In this document: piece after piece, positions 7,154-16,236 of the stretch
Position numbering within the stretch: position 1 is the stretch's first letter
Layout of the letters: every line of letters begins with the position of its first letter
DNA from: Candidatus Methanoperedens sp.
Lineage (GTDB): Archaea > Halobacteriota > Methanosarcinia > Methanosarcinales > Methanoperedenaceae
Assembly: GCA_027460535.1 (NCBI GenBank)
Contig: JAPZAR010000010.1
Span: forward strand, 150,001 to 182,000
Direction: 5' to 3'
DNA length: 32,000 bases
Notes under the pieces: generated by a model
The model's database searches: none
What the model saw: the letters and a program-made list of their open reading frames with translations, nothing else
Told to the model about the DNA's origin: nothing
Position numbers and translations under genes: made by a program

Positions 7154-7927
7154 ATGGAGGGCTTTCCGGTTAAGCGAATAGCCCTTGTCACCGACGAGTT
7201 CCCGGTGTACCACTCGATCATTGAAGAGACACGTTCCCGAAGGCTGAACATACTGGTACTTACCCCTGCGCAATCAATACCGCCCGGTGTGGATGCTATC
7301 ATTACTACCGAAGATGAAGCCCTTTCTATCGATTTCCGCCGTGACAGAATCGTGATCGCTGACGGCAGGCCACAGGCAACAGTCGATAAAGCGGTTTCCC
7401 TGCTGTTCGATGAGGATTTTGAGAGCATTGTGATCGGGATCGACCCCGGGAAATATCCCGGATTAGCAGTGCTCGGGAACAACAAGGCCATCTCGGTCCA
7501 CCATGTATCCGTAGGCGAGGTGTGCCCTCTCATAAAGCAGATAATGCGGGAACACAAAGATAAGAAAATAATTGTCAGGATAGGACACGGCGCAAGGCTT
7601 GTCCGCAGCAGGATCGTTAACGACATACTTGACCTCGGGCTGCATGTCGAAATGGTGGATGAGACCGGAACAACCCCTCACCTCGGCAAAGGTGTGCACG
7701 GTAAGGTTATTTCCGATATAATTGCTGCCATAAATATCGCAAAGATCCAGGGAAAAACTGTAGGGAAACAGTTCATCGAGCCTTCACAGGGTGAAGTGAG
7801 GGTCATTCAGGAACACAGCCGGGAATATTCCAACGGGCGCATGACCATTCCTAGGCTACTCGCCCGGGCTGTCGCAAAAGGGGAAATGACCCTGGACGAA
7901 GCCGTAGAAAAACATAACGGATATTAG
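7154..7927 (+). CDS. conserved hypothetical protein with an RNase-H-fold (YqgF/RuvX- or RuvC-like) central domain
   Basis: IVIGIDPGKYPGLAVLG (Asp-containing first strand) and VEMVDETGTT (the DE...T seen in YqgF-type nucleases). The N-terminal 90 aa form an unassigned alpha/beta domain. Confidence 0.5.
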   Translation: MEGFPVKRIALVTDEFPVYHSIIEETRSRRLNILVLTPAQSIPPGVDAIITTEDEALSIDFRRDRIVIADGRPQATVDKAVSLLFDEDFESIVIGIDPGKYPGLAVLGNNKAISVHHVSVGEVCPLIKQIMREHKDKKIIVRIGHGARLVRSRIVNDILDLGLHVEMVDETGTTPHLGKGVHGKVISDIIAAINIAKIQGKTVGKQFIEPSQGEVRVIQEHSREYSNGRMTIPRLLARAVAKGEMTLDEAVEKHNGY

Positions 7928-8113
7928 TTTACAGATTTTAAGACACGCACCATCAAATTCTTGCTTCAATCTGCATCTGGCGTTATTTTGGTGCCGGCTT
8001 ATGAAAACGGGTATCTGTTGTTGGTACCTGATTCAATAAATCAGGATATGACAAAAAAATTAAAATATTCGAATGAATGGAATGTGTCGGGGGCTATTAT
8101 ACTTCGATAATTC

Positions 8114-9202
8114 CTATTGCGAACTTTCAGCCGATCTTACGGAAAGTTTTGCTCCGATAGTCGCTATGGCTATCGCCCCCACGACTGTTGAAAGCAGGAA
8201 CTGCCGCCCATTACTGATGACAGGATAACTGGCCAGCGCCTCACTGATAACGAGGATATAAGTGCTTCCAGCCCAGAATAAAATCCCGGCTGCGATTATG
8301 AAGAACGGATGAGCCCAGTGTTTCCCGATTGTCTCATTGCTCAATCGCATGTCCACTATCTTCCCGGAACTGATAAGTACCCCTGAAAGGACATACCACC
8401 ATATGGATGCATTGACATAGCCCATGAGCAGTATCAAAATGCCCGACCATATCCCTTGGCTGTAATAAGCCCAGAGTTCAATCGCCCCCTGTATGGTTCC
8501 TATTATAGAGAGTATTATAGCTGCCAGGTACATGACGAACGTGATCTTCGCGCCATTGAGAGAATTCATCATAGATGCATAGAAGTCGCTCACTGCGTCA
8601 TCAAGACCTGTACCCCGGAAAAGCATGTAGACACCAATCGCTCCTGTGATGAAAATGACCGCAGCTTCGGGGTGCCCTGCATATAATGAAATGGCGTATA
8701 TCATGAACGCAAGGCCTATAGGCATGAAAAATGTATGCGAGATCTTCGGGTCGTTAAAAGCCTGTTTGATTATATAATATGTGCTTTCCAGGTTCTCGTG
8801 CTGCTTTACTATGATCCTCCGTACGGAATCCACTTTTATCCTGGACTGGATGATGGGCATGACCGATTCGTCCTCTGCGCCATCAGAAACAAGGATAGCC
8901 CGTTCCGGTTTTAGCTGCTCAAGCACTCTATCAAGTTGTTCGGATATTTTCCTGTCAGCAGCAACTCCAACTTTCTTGTCCCCTGCTATGGAAACTATTT
9001 CCACATCATTTTTTTCAGAAACCAGCCTATCATATACGTTTATCCCGCCGAAAATGGTGTTGGTGTCGGAATCTTCAGGATCGCTCGACCCAAGTTTAAC
9101 GGCAGCCTCAATGTTGGCAGCCCTGCCTATTATAGGGCTTACTACGCCTGCTTTTTCCCCCAGGTCATTGTCCCTGTCAATACAGATGATCAGTATCCTC
9201 AT
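8114..9202 (-). CDS. DUF373 family archaeal membrane protein
   Basis: MRILIICIDRDNDLGEKAG... soluble N-terminal domain of about 150 aa followed by about 7 predicted TM helices. This is the DUF373 architecture as I recall it. Confidence 0.7.
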   Translation of the reverse strand: MRILIICIDRDNDLGEKAGVVSPIIGRAANIEAAVKLGSSDPEDSDTNTIFGGINVYDRLVSEKNDVEIVSIAGDKKVGVAADRKISEQLDRVLEQLKPERAILVSDGAEDESVMPIIQSRIKVDSVRRIIVKQHENLESTYYIIKQAFNDPKISHTFFMPIGLAFMIYAISLYAGHPEAAVIFITGAIGVYMLFRGTGLDDAVSDFYASMMNSLNGAKITFVMYLAAIILSIIGTIQGAIELWAYYSQGIWSGILILLMGYVNASIWWYVLSGVLISSGKIVDMRLSNETIGKHWAHPFFIIAAGILFWAGSTYILVISEALASYPVISNGRQFLLSTVVGAIAIATIGAKLSVRSAESSQ

Positions 9203-9467
9203 TCTATTCTAATATCCTCATATTTCTATAAATAACTTCGGAATCCCCGCATATTAGCCCTCAGTAAGTAATACTTCCAATCCTGTGCATTGATTATCGC
9301 CGCAGCTTTGATGTTTTCAGACATCGTTCTCCATGCATGTACCGGGAATGCAGGAATAACTCTCACAGAAATTATATATCTAATGAGTCCTCATATTTTC
9401 AAGTATATCATATTGAATACGCCAGGGGGTTGAAAATGAGGATCGTTGAAAATATGATTCGGGGCAT

Positions 9468-12400
9468 ATGATAACTAAAAGGGACATTAAATGGATCATT
9501 TCCGTATTGATCCTTCTGGGCATGGTATATGCAGCTGCAGGACACCTGTTTGAAACCCACATCAATGATATCAAAGCAATAGCACTAATGCCCACTGGAA
9601 CCTCAACGAGCACGGCAACATCTATGGCCCCGGCAACTTTTACTGCCATAGCAGTTACGGGAGATTCTACAGCTACTTTTACAGCAACGGCTACCTCTAC
9701 AACCACAGCGACATCCACGGCCACAGCAACTTCTACGGGTACAGCAACTTCCACTGCCACAGGGACTTCCACGGCAACTGCAACTTCCACTGCCACAGGG
9801 ACCTCCACGGCAACTGCAACCTCTACTGCCACAGGGACCTCCACGGCAACTGCAACCTCCACTGCCACAGCAACTTCTACGGGTACAGCGACTTCTACAA
9901 CCACGGCAACATCTACGGCCAATGCAACTGCTACAACCACAGCAAATTCTACCGCCAATGCAACTGCCGCACCATCGCAAACAGGCTCACCTGCCATAAT
10001 TGACTCCACTCCATTTATGCGGCCGGTATCTGATATTGTGGGCGCATCGCGAACCTTCAGTATCACCCTCAACCAGACCGTAAGTGTTACCTGGTACATC
10101 AATGGAAATCAGGTTCAATCCAATGAAGATGTGACAGAGGCAAGCTATACCAACACCAGTGCAGCCGAGGGCACCTGGTTTATAAGAGCTGCAGCAGGCA
10201 ATGATAATGGCACGGTTTCGGAAGAATGGACATGGATCGTAATTACACCGCAGGAGAAAGCACCTGCAATAACGGCATTTGCCCCTGGAGAATCGCCTGT
10301 CCTTGATATCGAGGGAGCCTCAAGATCTTTCAATATTACCTACGACCAGACTGTAAATGTGGCCTGGTACATCAACGGAATTCCGGTTCAATCCAATGAA
10401 GATGTGACCTCTTCAAGCTATACCAACGCCAGCGCAGTTTTCGGCACATGGATTGTGAACGCTACAGCAACCAACGATAACGGTACAGTTTCGAAAGAGT
10501 GGACCTGGGTGGTGAAAGATATAACACCTCCTGCCAATGTTTCCAATTTGACAGCGACAGGCACAGGTCAAACTTATATAAACTGGACGTGGGAAAATCC
10601 CCCGGATATAGATTTTGACGGAACCAGAATTTTAATAGATGGGAACTTCAAAACCGATCTTCCAAGAACATCAAACGATTACAGTGCTACCGGATTGGCG
10701 CCAGGTACTTCTCATAGTATTACCGTGATCGCCTTCGATATTGCGCAAAACAATGCAACACAACCCTGGCCTGAGAATATGAGTACAACATTGCCAAATA
10801 CCATTCCAGGAGACAATGTCATACCTCTGGGATTGCCATCTGGAGTAATTGCAATTTTCAGCAGGGTTACAGATCAGGGTAACACCGTGATATCAACTAC
10901 CCAAACATCGCCATTAGCTCCGGGCTTCCAGCCACTTGGGAATTATGTGGATATAAGTACATCGGCAAATTTCACAGGTAATGTAACAATTACCCTGAAT
11001 TATACGACACCTCCGGAAGGATATAACGGGAGCAATGTACGCCTGTACCATTTGAACAATGCAGTATGGGAAGACATAACTGAAAATCTTGATACAGACC
11101 ATAATACCGTCACCGGGGAAGCTACAAGTCTGTCTCTTTTCGTCGCCGGGATCTATCCACCGCCTAAAATAGACGTGATTCAAGAACCTCCGAGCCTGGA
11201 AATCACGGTAAAAGATTCGTTATCATTCAATATCAGTGTTGACCAGACAACAAATGTGAACTGGACAGTTAATGGGGAGACCTCCCAAGGCCCTTTTTTG
11301 GTCCAGGCAGGAGGAAATTCCAATTTCACTTTCGCTTCAGCTACCAGGGGAAATTATTCAATAATAGTGGAGGCGAGCAATACTAATGGAACTGACACGA
11401 GATCATGGAATGTGACCGTCCATCCTGAATTCTTCTTCAAGGGGAACCGCATCTGGGACGGCAGTAAACCGGATGAGTTCTCACTCACATACACCTGGGA
11501 CCCCATGAGCTTCTCAGGCTTCTACTATGATGTCAATGATGACGTGGGTGATGAGAGTATCACGATGAGCCTGAATGGCTACAGCGATAGAACCATAAAC
11601 ACTGGCAAGCTCGTGTACACCACATCCCCTCAAGAGGTAAGCTTTGGCTACTCAGGTTTTGGCAGCTTTGAGGTCATAGGTTTCATGGCAGAGAAGTATT
11701 TTGCCGCCTATACATCCAACAGCAATCCTCCAAATCCAACTACAGGCATCGGGTTGAAAAGCGTGCTTGCCCAGGGTCACCTCCACAGGGTACTCATCGA
11801 TGACGATACAAGGCGCACCATATCCCTGGGAGGCACACTCACTCTGCAGGACGGTTATGTCCTGAAGGCAAAAGATATTGACATGAGCGCAAGGACCATG
11901 CTTATCTCCCTGTTAAAAGACGGAAATGAGGTGGATTCAACTCCTCTTTCAGCGGGCCAGACCTATGTTTATACAAAGACAGTGGGGGGTGTAACAGACC
12001 TTCCTTTAATACTGGTCAGATTTGACAGTGTATTCTCAGGTACAGAAGTGCAAGCCGCATTCTTGCAGGGATTGTTCCAAATATCCGAAAGCTATGATAC
12101 AGTTAATACCGGAAATGATTTTGGAGTGATGGAAGTCAGAAGTGTAAGCTTTAACAAAATAGAGATGAGAAATAATGCAGATGTAAGTCTAGATCAGGGA
12201 AGCACAGTGGATCTGATGGGAGATATGAAAATAGCAGTGGCGGATAACAGCAATGCGGTCCGATTTGCCCTCTCTGTTGAAAAAACAGGCAGCTTTGAGG
12301 TAAGGAGCAGTATCTATAGAGAGGATGCCCCGATTGATGAATGGACCCCTTACAACTTCGGGTTGAACATAGGTAAGACCAGTGTCGGTTTTTATTATGA

Positions 12401-14078
12401 CCTGGACGAAGGCATAGGTAATGAGAGCCTGCGGCTTGCAGAACCATTGGATGGCAGCCGAACCATAAATGATGCGGGACTGGTATATACAACTACGCCG
12501 GAGGACGTAAGCTTTGGTTACTCCGGTTTTGGAAGCTATGAAGTCATAGGTTTCATGGCAGAGAAGTATTTCGCGGCCTATACCGCCAGCAGCAACCCCC
12601 CTGATCCAACCACAGGAATCGTTGCGAAGAGCGCGCTTTCTCAGGGCCAACTTCACAAGGTACTGATCGATGATGATACCAAGCGCACCATTTCTGTGGG
12701 AGGCACACTTGCTCTGCAGGAGGGTTATGTCTTGAAGGCAAAAGATATTGACATGAGTGCAAGAACTATGCTTATCTCATTATTAAAAGATGGGAACGAG
12801 GTAGATTCCACGCCCCTTTCCGCCGGTCAGACCTATGTGTACGTAAAGAGAGTTGGGGCAGTGTCAGACCTTCCTATAATAATGGCGAGGTTTGACAGCG
12901 TATTCTCAGGTACGGAAGTGCAGGCTGCGTTCTTGCAGGGATTGTTCCAGGTATCCGAAAACTACGCGACCATCAATACTGGCAATGAATTCGGTATGAT
13001 GGAAGTCAGAAGCGTAAGCAATGATAACATAGAGATGAGTAACGTCGGGAGTATCGGCCTGGATAATGGTGCAAATGAAGTGCTCATGGGAAATATTAAC
13101 CTGAGAGTTGGTGATACGACTGATAATTCTCTGCGATTTTACTTTGCTGTTGATGTGACTCCTGAGACGGTGGCAAATCAGCTCGTAATAGACTCCCCGG
13201 CCCAGGCCACTGCAGGCGATACTGTCGGAATAAAGGTCACCGCGGGCGGAGAATTAATTGAGGGCGCATCCCTGACAATTGATTCTTCCGAGATCGGGCA
13301 AACGGACAGTAATGGTGTTCTTAATTATACTTTTTCCAGAAACATGAAAGGCACCTACAACTTAACTGGAACCAAGCTTGGCTACCAGGAAGACATTAAA
13401 AGCATAAACGTGCTGGAGTATATAGAGCGCAGGCTGAGTATAGATGCTCCTGCTACGGCGAATCAGCTTGATACGATAGTCATAAAAGTCACATCCAATA
13501 GCACAGTCATTAGCAATGCGACTGTGCAATATGATAATACAACCATTGGCTCGACCGATGGTAATGGTACCCTGAACTACACACTGGAAACAAGCGGCAC
13601 GCACGCAATAACAGCTTCAAAAAATGGTTATATCACCGTAGAAAAGGAAATTGACGTCAGGGCACCCTTTTCTCAGTATGAGGCCCTTGATATCAATATC
13701 ACTCCCAATACGGTTTTTACAGATGACGAGGCTGTGATCAAATCCAATATCACAAATGCAGGTACCAAAAAAGATACACTTCCTGTGGAGCTTATAGTCA
13801 ATGGAACTGCCGTGGATAACAGGTCTGTTACTCTCGCCCCCGGGGAGATAGAGGAAGTCAATTTCACACTAAAGGAAGCTGTGGCGGCGAACTATACTCT
13901 TGAGATCCTCGGACAAAAAGAGCTATTTCAAGTCAAAGAAAGGCCTTTTACTTCGAACTTGATCCTGATCGCGGCAATAGCTACAATTTTGGGGGTGATT
14001 GCCATCTACCTGTGGACTGCGAAAAATAAGATAACCCTCGAGTTAATAAAAAGGAAATTGAAGTTTGGAAAGGATTGA
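9468..14078 (+). CDS. S-layer / cell-surface glycoprotein (signal anchor, T/S/A-rich stalk, Ig-like repeats, FN3-like domain, tandem DUF1608 S-layer domains, CARDB-like domains, C-terminal TM anchor)
   Basis: N-terminal hydrophobic signal (IKWIISVLILLGMVYAAAG). 125-aa TSTATATSTGT low-complexity region. Two about 90-aa repeats (SRTFSITLNQTVSVTWYINGNQVQSNEDVT...) plus a diverged third. Two 290-aa DUF1608-like repeats (LVYTT.P..VSFGYSGFG..EVIGFMAEKYFAAY...), as in Methanosarcina S-layer proteins. C-terminal LILIAAIATILGVIAIYLW followed by a basic tail. Many N-x-S/T sequons. Confidence 0.85.
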   Translation: MITKRDIKWIISVLILLGMVYAAAGHLFETHINDIKAIALMPTGTSTSTATSMAPATFTAIAVTGDSTATFTATATSTTTATSTATATSTGTATSTATGTSTATATSTATGTSTATATSTATGTSTATATSTATATSTGTATSTTTATSTANATATTTANSTANATAAPSQTGSPAIIDSTPFMRPVSDIVGASRTFSITLNQTVSVTWYINGNQVQSNEDVTEASYTNTSAAEGTWFIRAAAGNDNGTVSEEWTWIVITPQEKAPAITAFAPGESPVLDIEGASRSFNITYDQTVNVAWYINGIPVQSNEDVTSSSYTNASAVFGTWIVNATATNDNGTVSKEWTWVVKDITPPANVSNLTATGTGQTYINWTWENPPDIDFDGTRILIDGNFKTDLPRTSNDYSATGLAPGTSHSITVIAFDIAQNNATQPWPENMSTTLPNTIPGDNVIPLGLPSGVIAIFSRVTDQGNTVISTTQTSPLAPGFQPLGNYVDISTSANFTGNVTITLNYTTPPEGYNGSNVRLYHLNNAVWEDITENLDTDHNTVTGEATSLSLFVAGIYPPPKIDVIQEPPSLEITVKDSLSFNISVDQTTNVNWTVNGETSQGPFLVQAGGNSNFTFASATRGNYSIIVEASNTNGTDTRSWNVTVHPEFFFKGNRIWDGSKPDEFSLTYTWDPMSFSGFYYDVNDDVGDESITMSLNGYSDRTINTGKLVYTTSPQEVSFGYSGFGSFEVIGFMAEKYFAAYTSNSNPPNPTTGIGLKSVLAQGHLHRVLIDDDTRRTISLGGTLTLQDGYVLKAKDIDMSARTMLISLLKDGNEVDSTPLSAGQTYVYTKTVGGVTDLPLILVRFDSVFSGTEVQAAFLQGLFQISESYDTVNTGNDFGVMEVRSVSFNKIEMRNNADVSLDQGSTVDLMGDMKIAVADNSNAVRFALSVEKTGSFEVRSSIYREDAPIDEWTPYNFGLNIGKTSVGFYYDLDEGIGNESLRLAEPLDGSRTINDAGLVYTTTPEDVSFGYSGFGSYEVIGFMAEKYFAAYTASSNPPDPTTGIVAKSALSQGQLHKVLIDDDTKRTISVGGTLALQEGYVLKAKDIDMSARTMLISLLKDGNEVDSTPLSAGQTYVYVKRVGAVSDLPIIMARFDSVFSGTEVQAAFLQGLFQVSENYATINTGNEFGMMEVRSVSNDNIEMSNVGSIGLDNGANEVLMGNINLRVGDTTDNSLRFYFAVDVTPETVANQLVIDSPAQATAGDTVGIKVTAGGELIEGASLTIDSSEIGQTDSNGVLNYTFSRNMKGTYNLTGTKLGYQEDIKSINVLEYIERRLSIDAPATANQLDTIVIKVTSNSTVISNATVQYDNTTIGSTDGNGTLNYTLETSGTHAITASKNGYITVEKEIDVRAPFSQYEALDINITPNTVFTDDEAVIKSNITNAGTKKDTLPVELIVNGTAVDNRSVTLAPGEIEEVNFTLKEAVAANYTLEILGQKELFQVKERPFTSNLILIAAIATILGVIAIYLWTAKNKITLELIKRKLKFGKD
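9744..9870 (+). repeat. 36-bp tandem repeat, about 3.5 copies, encoding (ATSTATGTSTAT)n inside the surface-protein gene
   Basis: Units start at 9744, 9780, 9816 and 9852 (gcaacttccactgccacagggacttccacggcaact), with 1-3 substitutions between copies. They are embedded in a broader degenerate ACN/GCN/TCN repeat region, 9594-9970. Confidence 0.85.
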
Positions 14079-14140
14079 GTCACATCGCTTGAAGTCCGGC
14101 GGTGTGTCCTGGTTCCTCCAGATCGCCTTCTCTTTTTCAG

Positions 14141-15529
14141 CTACCTTAACCAGCCCCGCCTGTAGAAAACATATAATGCCAGGAGCATTATGGAAAGCTC
14201 AAGGAAGAATATCTCTGATAGCCTGACCGGATATGGACTGTCTATCAGGTTCTCCCCAAAGAGCCCGCTTATGATTGAAGGTATGAGTCCGAGGCTTGTT
14301 ATCACCGCTAGTATCCTCATTACCCTGTTTAACCCGACGGATACTGTATTTATGCGAAGATCGATCAACGATATCAGATTGTCCCTGATGGTGTCAGATG
14401 TCTCAGAAAGGTAAACTGATTCATCAAAGAGAATGCCGAAGAGGGAAGGATATTCATCCTTCAAGCCGGGCAACATTTTTCTCGTTCTAACAGCCCCCAG
14501 CACCTGCCTAAAATGCAAGAGGTTGCTGTGGATTTTCTGGATCTCCCTCTTAAAGTAGAACGATCTCTCAAGGAACGGATGCATCTGACCTACGGGTAGT
14601 TCTTCCAGTGCCGTTATGTCTTGCTCCATTGACCGCACGATCTCTTCATAATCACTGATTTTTCTGCTGAAGATCGAGTATAGAATTCTGACAATAAAAT
14701 CCTCATCCTTCACCGACAGGCCATCATTTATCAGATCAAATAGCTCGCTTTTGTTATTGGAAATGGTGACGATGTAGTTGTCGGCCCATGCAATGAGCAT
14801 ATTATTTCTCAGGATTTGTACGGTTTTGGTATCCGCATCTTCTGATCGCAGTTTATAGTCCCTGATGAAGATAGTGGTGAGGTTCTTGAAGAAATCGATC
14901 TTTGGGTAGGATTCCTTGATTATTTTGCTTTCCAGCACAACCCCTGGGATTTTGAGCGTGTCACTCAAAAAACCAATATCGAGCTCCGAAACCTCCTGAA
15001 GGTCGATCCAGATATGCCCCGGGGCAGCAATATAACGGGCAATATCTTCCTTTGCTGCACCTTTTATGATCCTGCCATCCTCGAGGATGTTGATTTTCAT
15101 CTGTGAGACAAGCGGAGTAACCTTCTCCATTGGTCTTACCGGGATCGCCCTTTTGACTGTCCTGCCAGCAACAGCAAATATCCTAGCAACCCGCAACAAC
15201 GGAAAGATCCTTCCTATTCCTCCCAGCGGTATCCGCGGAATGAAATTCGTGGCAGCAAGGATAGCGATCAGAAGGTCTATGATGTGCCACGGCTCAGTAG
15301 CATATGCCTTCCTCGAATCTGCTACGTACAGCTTTAAGAAGTACTCCAGAATGAATATCACAAGGATAGCATCTCTAACTGCCCTGAACAAAGCCAGCAT
15401 GAACTGCGAGAAAGTAAATAAGGCGGGCAAAAAAATAACCGGGATCAGTATCAGTGCAAGCACTATCATCAGGTGATCGGTCAGTATCTGATAAACCGGT
15501 TCCCTAAGTTTGGCACGCAGGGATTGCAT
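14141..15529 (-). CDS. chimeric membrane protein: N-terminal voltage-sensor-like domain (S1-S4) fused to a CorA-family divalent-cation channel
   Basis: S2 FILEYFLKLY, S3 PWHIIDLLIAILA and S4 GRIFPLLRVARIFAVAGRTVKR match ion-transport-family voltage-sensor hallmarks. Next comes a CorA-like cytoplasmic domain (HIWIDLQEVSELDIGFLSDTLKIP...). The C-terminal two TMs read LAVITSLGLIPSIISGLFGENL, with GEN where GMN is canonical. Start placed at ATG 15529 (MQSLRAKL); the ORF track extends to 15646. Confidence 0.75.
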   Translation of the reverse strand: MQSLRAKLREPVYQILTDHLMIVLALILIPVIFLPALFTFSQFMLALFRAVRDAILVIFILEYFLKLYVADSRKAYATEPWHIIDLLIAILAATNFIPRIPLGGIGRIFPLLRVARIFAVAGRTVKRAIPVRPMEKVTPLVSQMKINILEDGRIIKGAAKEDIARYIAAPGHIWIDLQEVSELDIGFLSDTLKIPGVVLESKIIKESYPKIDFFKNLTTIFIRDYKLRSEDADTKTVQILRNNMLIAWADNYIVTISNNKSELFDLINDGLSVKDEDFIVRILYSIFSRKISDYEEIVRSMEQDITALEELPVGQMHPFLERSFYFKREIQKIHSNLLHFRQVLGAVRTRKMLPGLKDEYPSLFGILFDESVYLSETSDTIRDNLISLIDLRINTVSVGLNRVMRILAVITSLGLIPSIISGLFGENLIDSPYPVRLSEIFFLELSIMLLALYVFYRRGWLR

Positions 15530-15751
15530 AATGTTTGTTTTATATGTCTTATAAGAAATACTCTTGGTAAGGAAATGATAGATCAAAGGTCTATAGCCAT
15601 TTCTCATGACGGTAAATCCTATTCTAGGCAGCCTTGAACAAGTCACAAGCTAATTTGTGTTAAACTGAAATGCTTTAATCCCTCCATACCCGGGATGTTT
15701 ATTTAAGCGAAGCTGCCAATATGGGGATAGGAGTAAGACGGAGTAGAATTT

Positions 15752-16150
15752 ATGGGTTTTCTTGGAACCAGGGCAAGTTCGTTCTCGGATATGGTTCTGA
15801 TTGCCCAGACAGCAGCTTTCCTGATACTTTTTTCAGGTCTTGTATATGTAAGAAAGAAAAATTTTTCAAATCATGATAAAATGGCCAAGATTGCGGTCCT
15901 TATAAGCAGCCTATCTTTCGTATGGATGGGCTATTCTCTCATTTCCAATTTTCTGACACTTGCATCTATGACTTTTATGGGTTTGCTTATTGTTTCCCAT
16001 GTGATCATAGGGTTATTAGCGCTATTCATGGGCATATTCCTGATATTGGATGAGATAAAAAAGACAGAAGCCTCCATGAGAATTATTTTTGTTTCATGGA
16101 CTGCAGCAGTTCTTTTAGGTGTTATATTGTATATTATGTATCTAGCTTAA
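15752..16150 (+). CDS. small integral membrane protein (about 4 TM), possibly DUF420-like
   Basis: 132 aa, four hydrophobic segments, with a NHDKMAK motif after TM1. The family assignment is tentative. Confidence 0.45.
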   Translation: MGFLGTRASSFSDMVLIAQTAAFLILFSGLVYVRKKNFSNHDKMAKIAVLISSLSFVWMGYSLISNFLTLASMTFMGLLIVSHVIIGLLALFMGIFLILDEIKKTEASMRIIFVSWTAAVLLGVILYIMYLA

Positions 16151-16236
16151 GCCTGCTATAGATATTTAAAATCCAATCAAATGGCAAGAATTAAATACGA
16201 TGCTATCGAATTTATTATATTAAGAGTGGAGGGAAT

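Noticed and set aside
7087-7626. 179-aa minus-strand ORF overlapping the 7154-7927 gene
   Set aside because: It is antisense to a better-supported ORF with an RNase-H-fold motif. Its composition is Ser/Thr/Ile-rich with no motifs.
9594-9970. Possible CRISPR-like array, given regularly spaced repeats
   Set aside because: The repeats are contiguous 36-bp coding units without unique spacers, and they lie in frame inside a long CDS. This is not CRISPR architecture.
9380-10102. 240-aa minus-strand ORF (AVAVEV-rich) and the 125-aa Cys/Arg-rich ORF at 9603-9980
   Set aside because: Both are mirror-frame artefacts of the ACN/GCN/TCN codon repeat in the plus-strand surface-protein gene. They are low-complexity, with no independent start context.
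14133-14137. T5 tract as an archaeal terminator for the surface-protein gene
   Set aside because: It is a single short T-run 55 nt past the stop, directly abutting the convergent gene's stop. That is not enough evidence to call a terminator.
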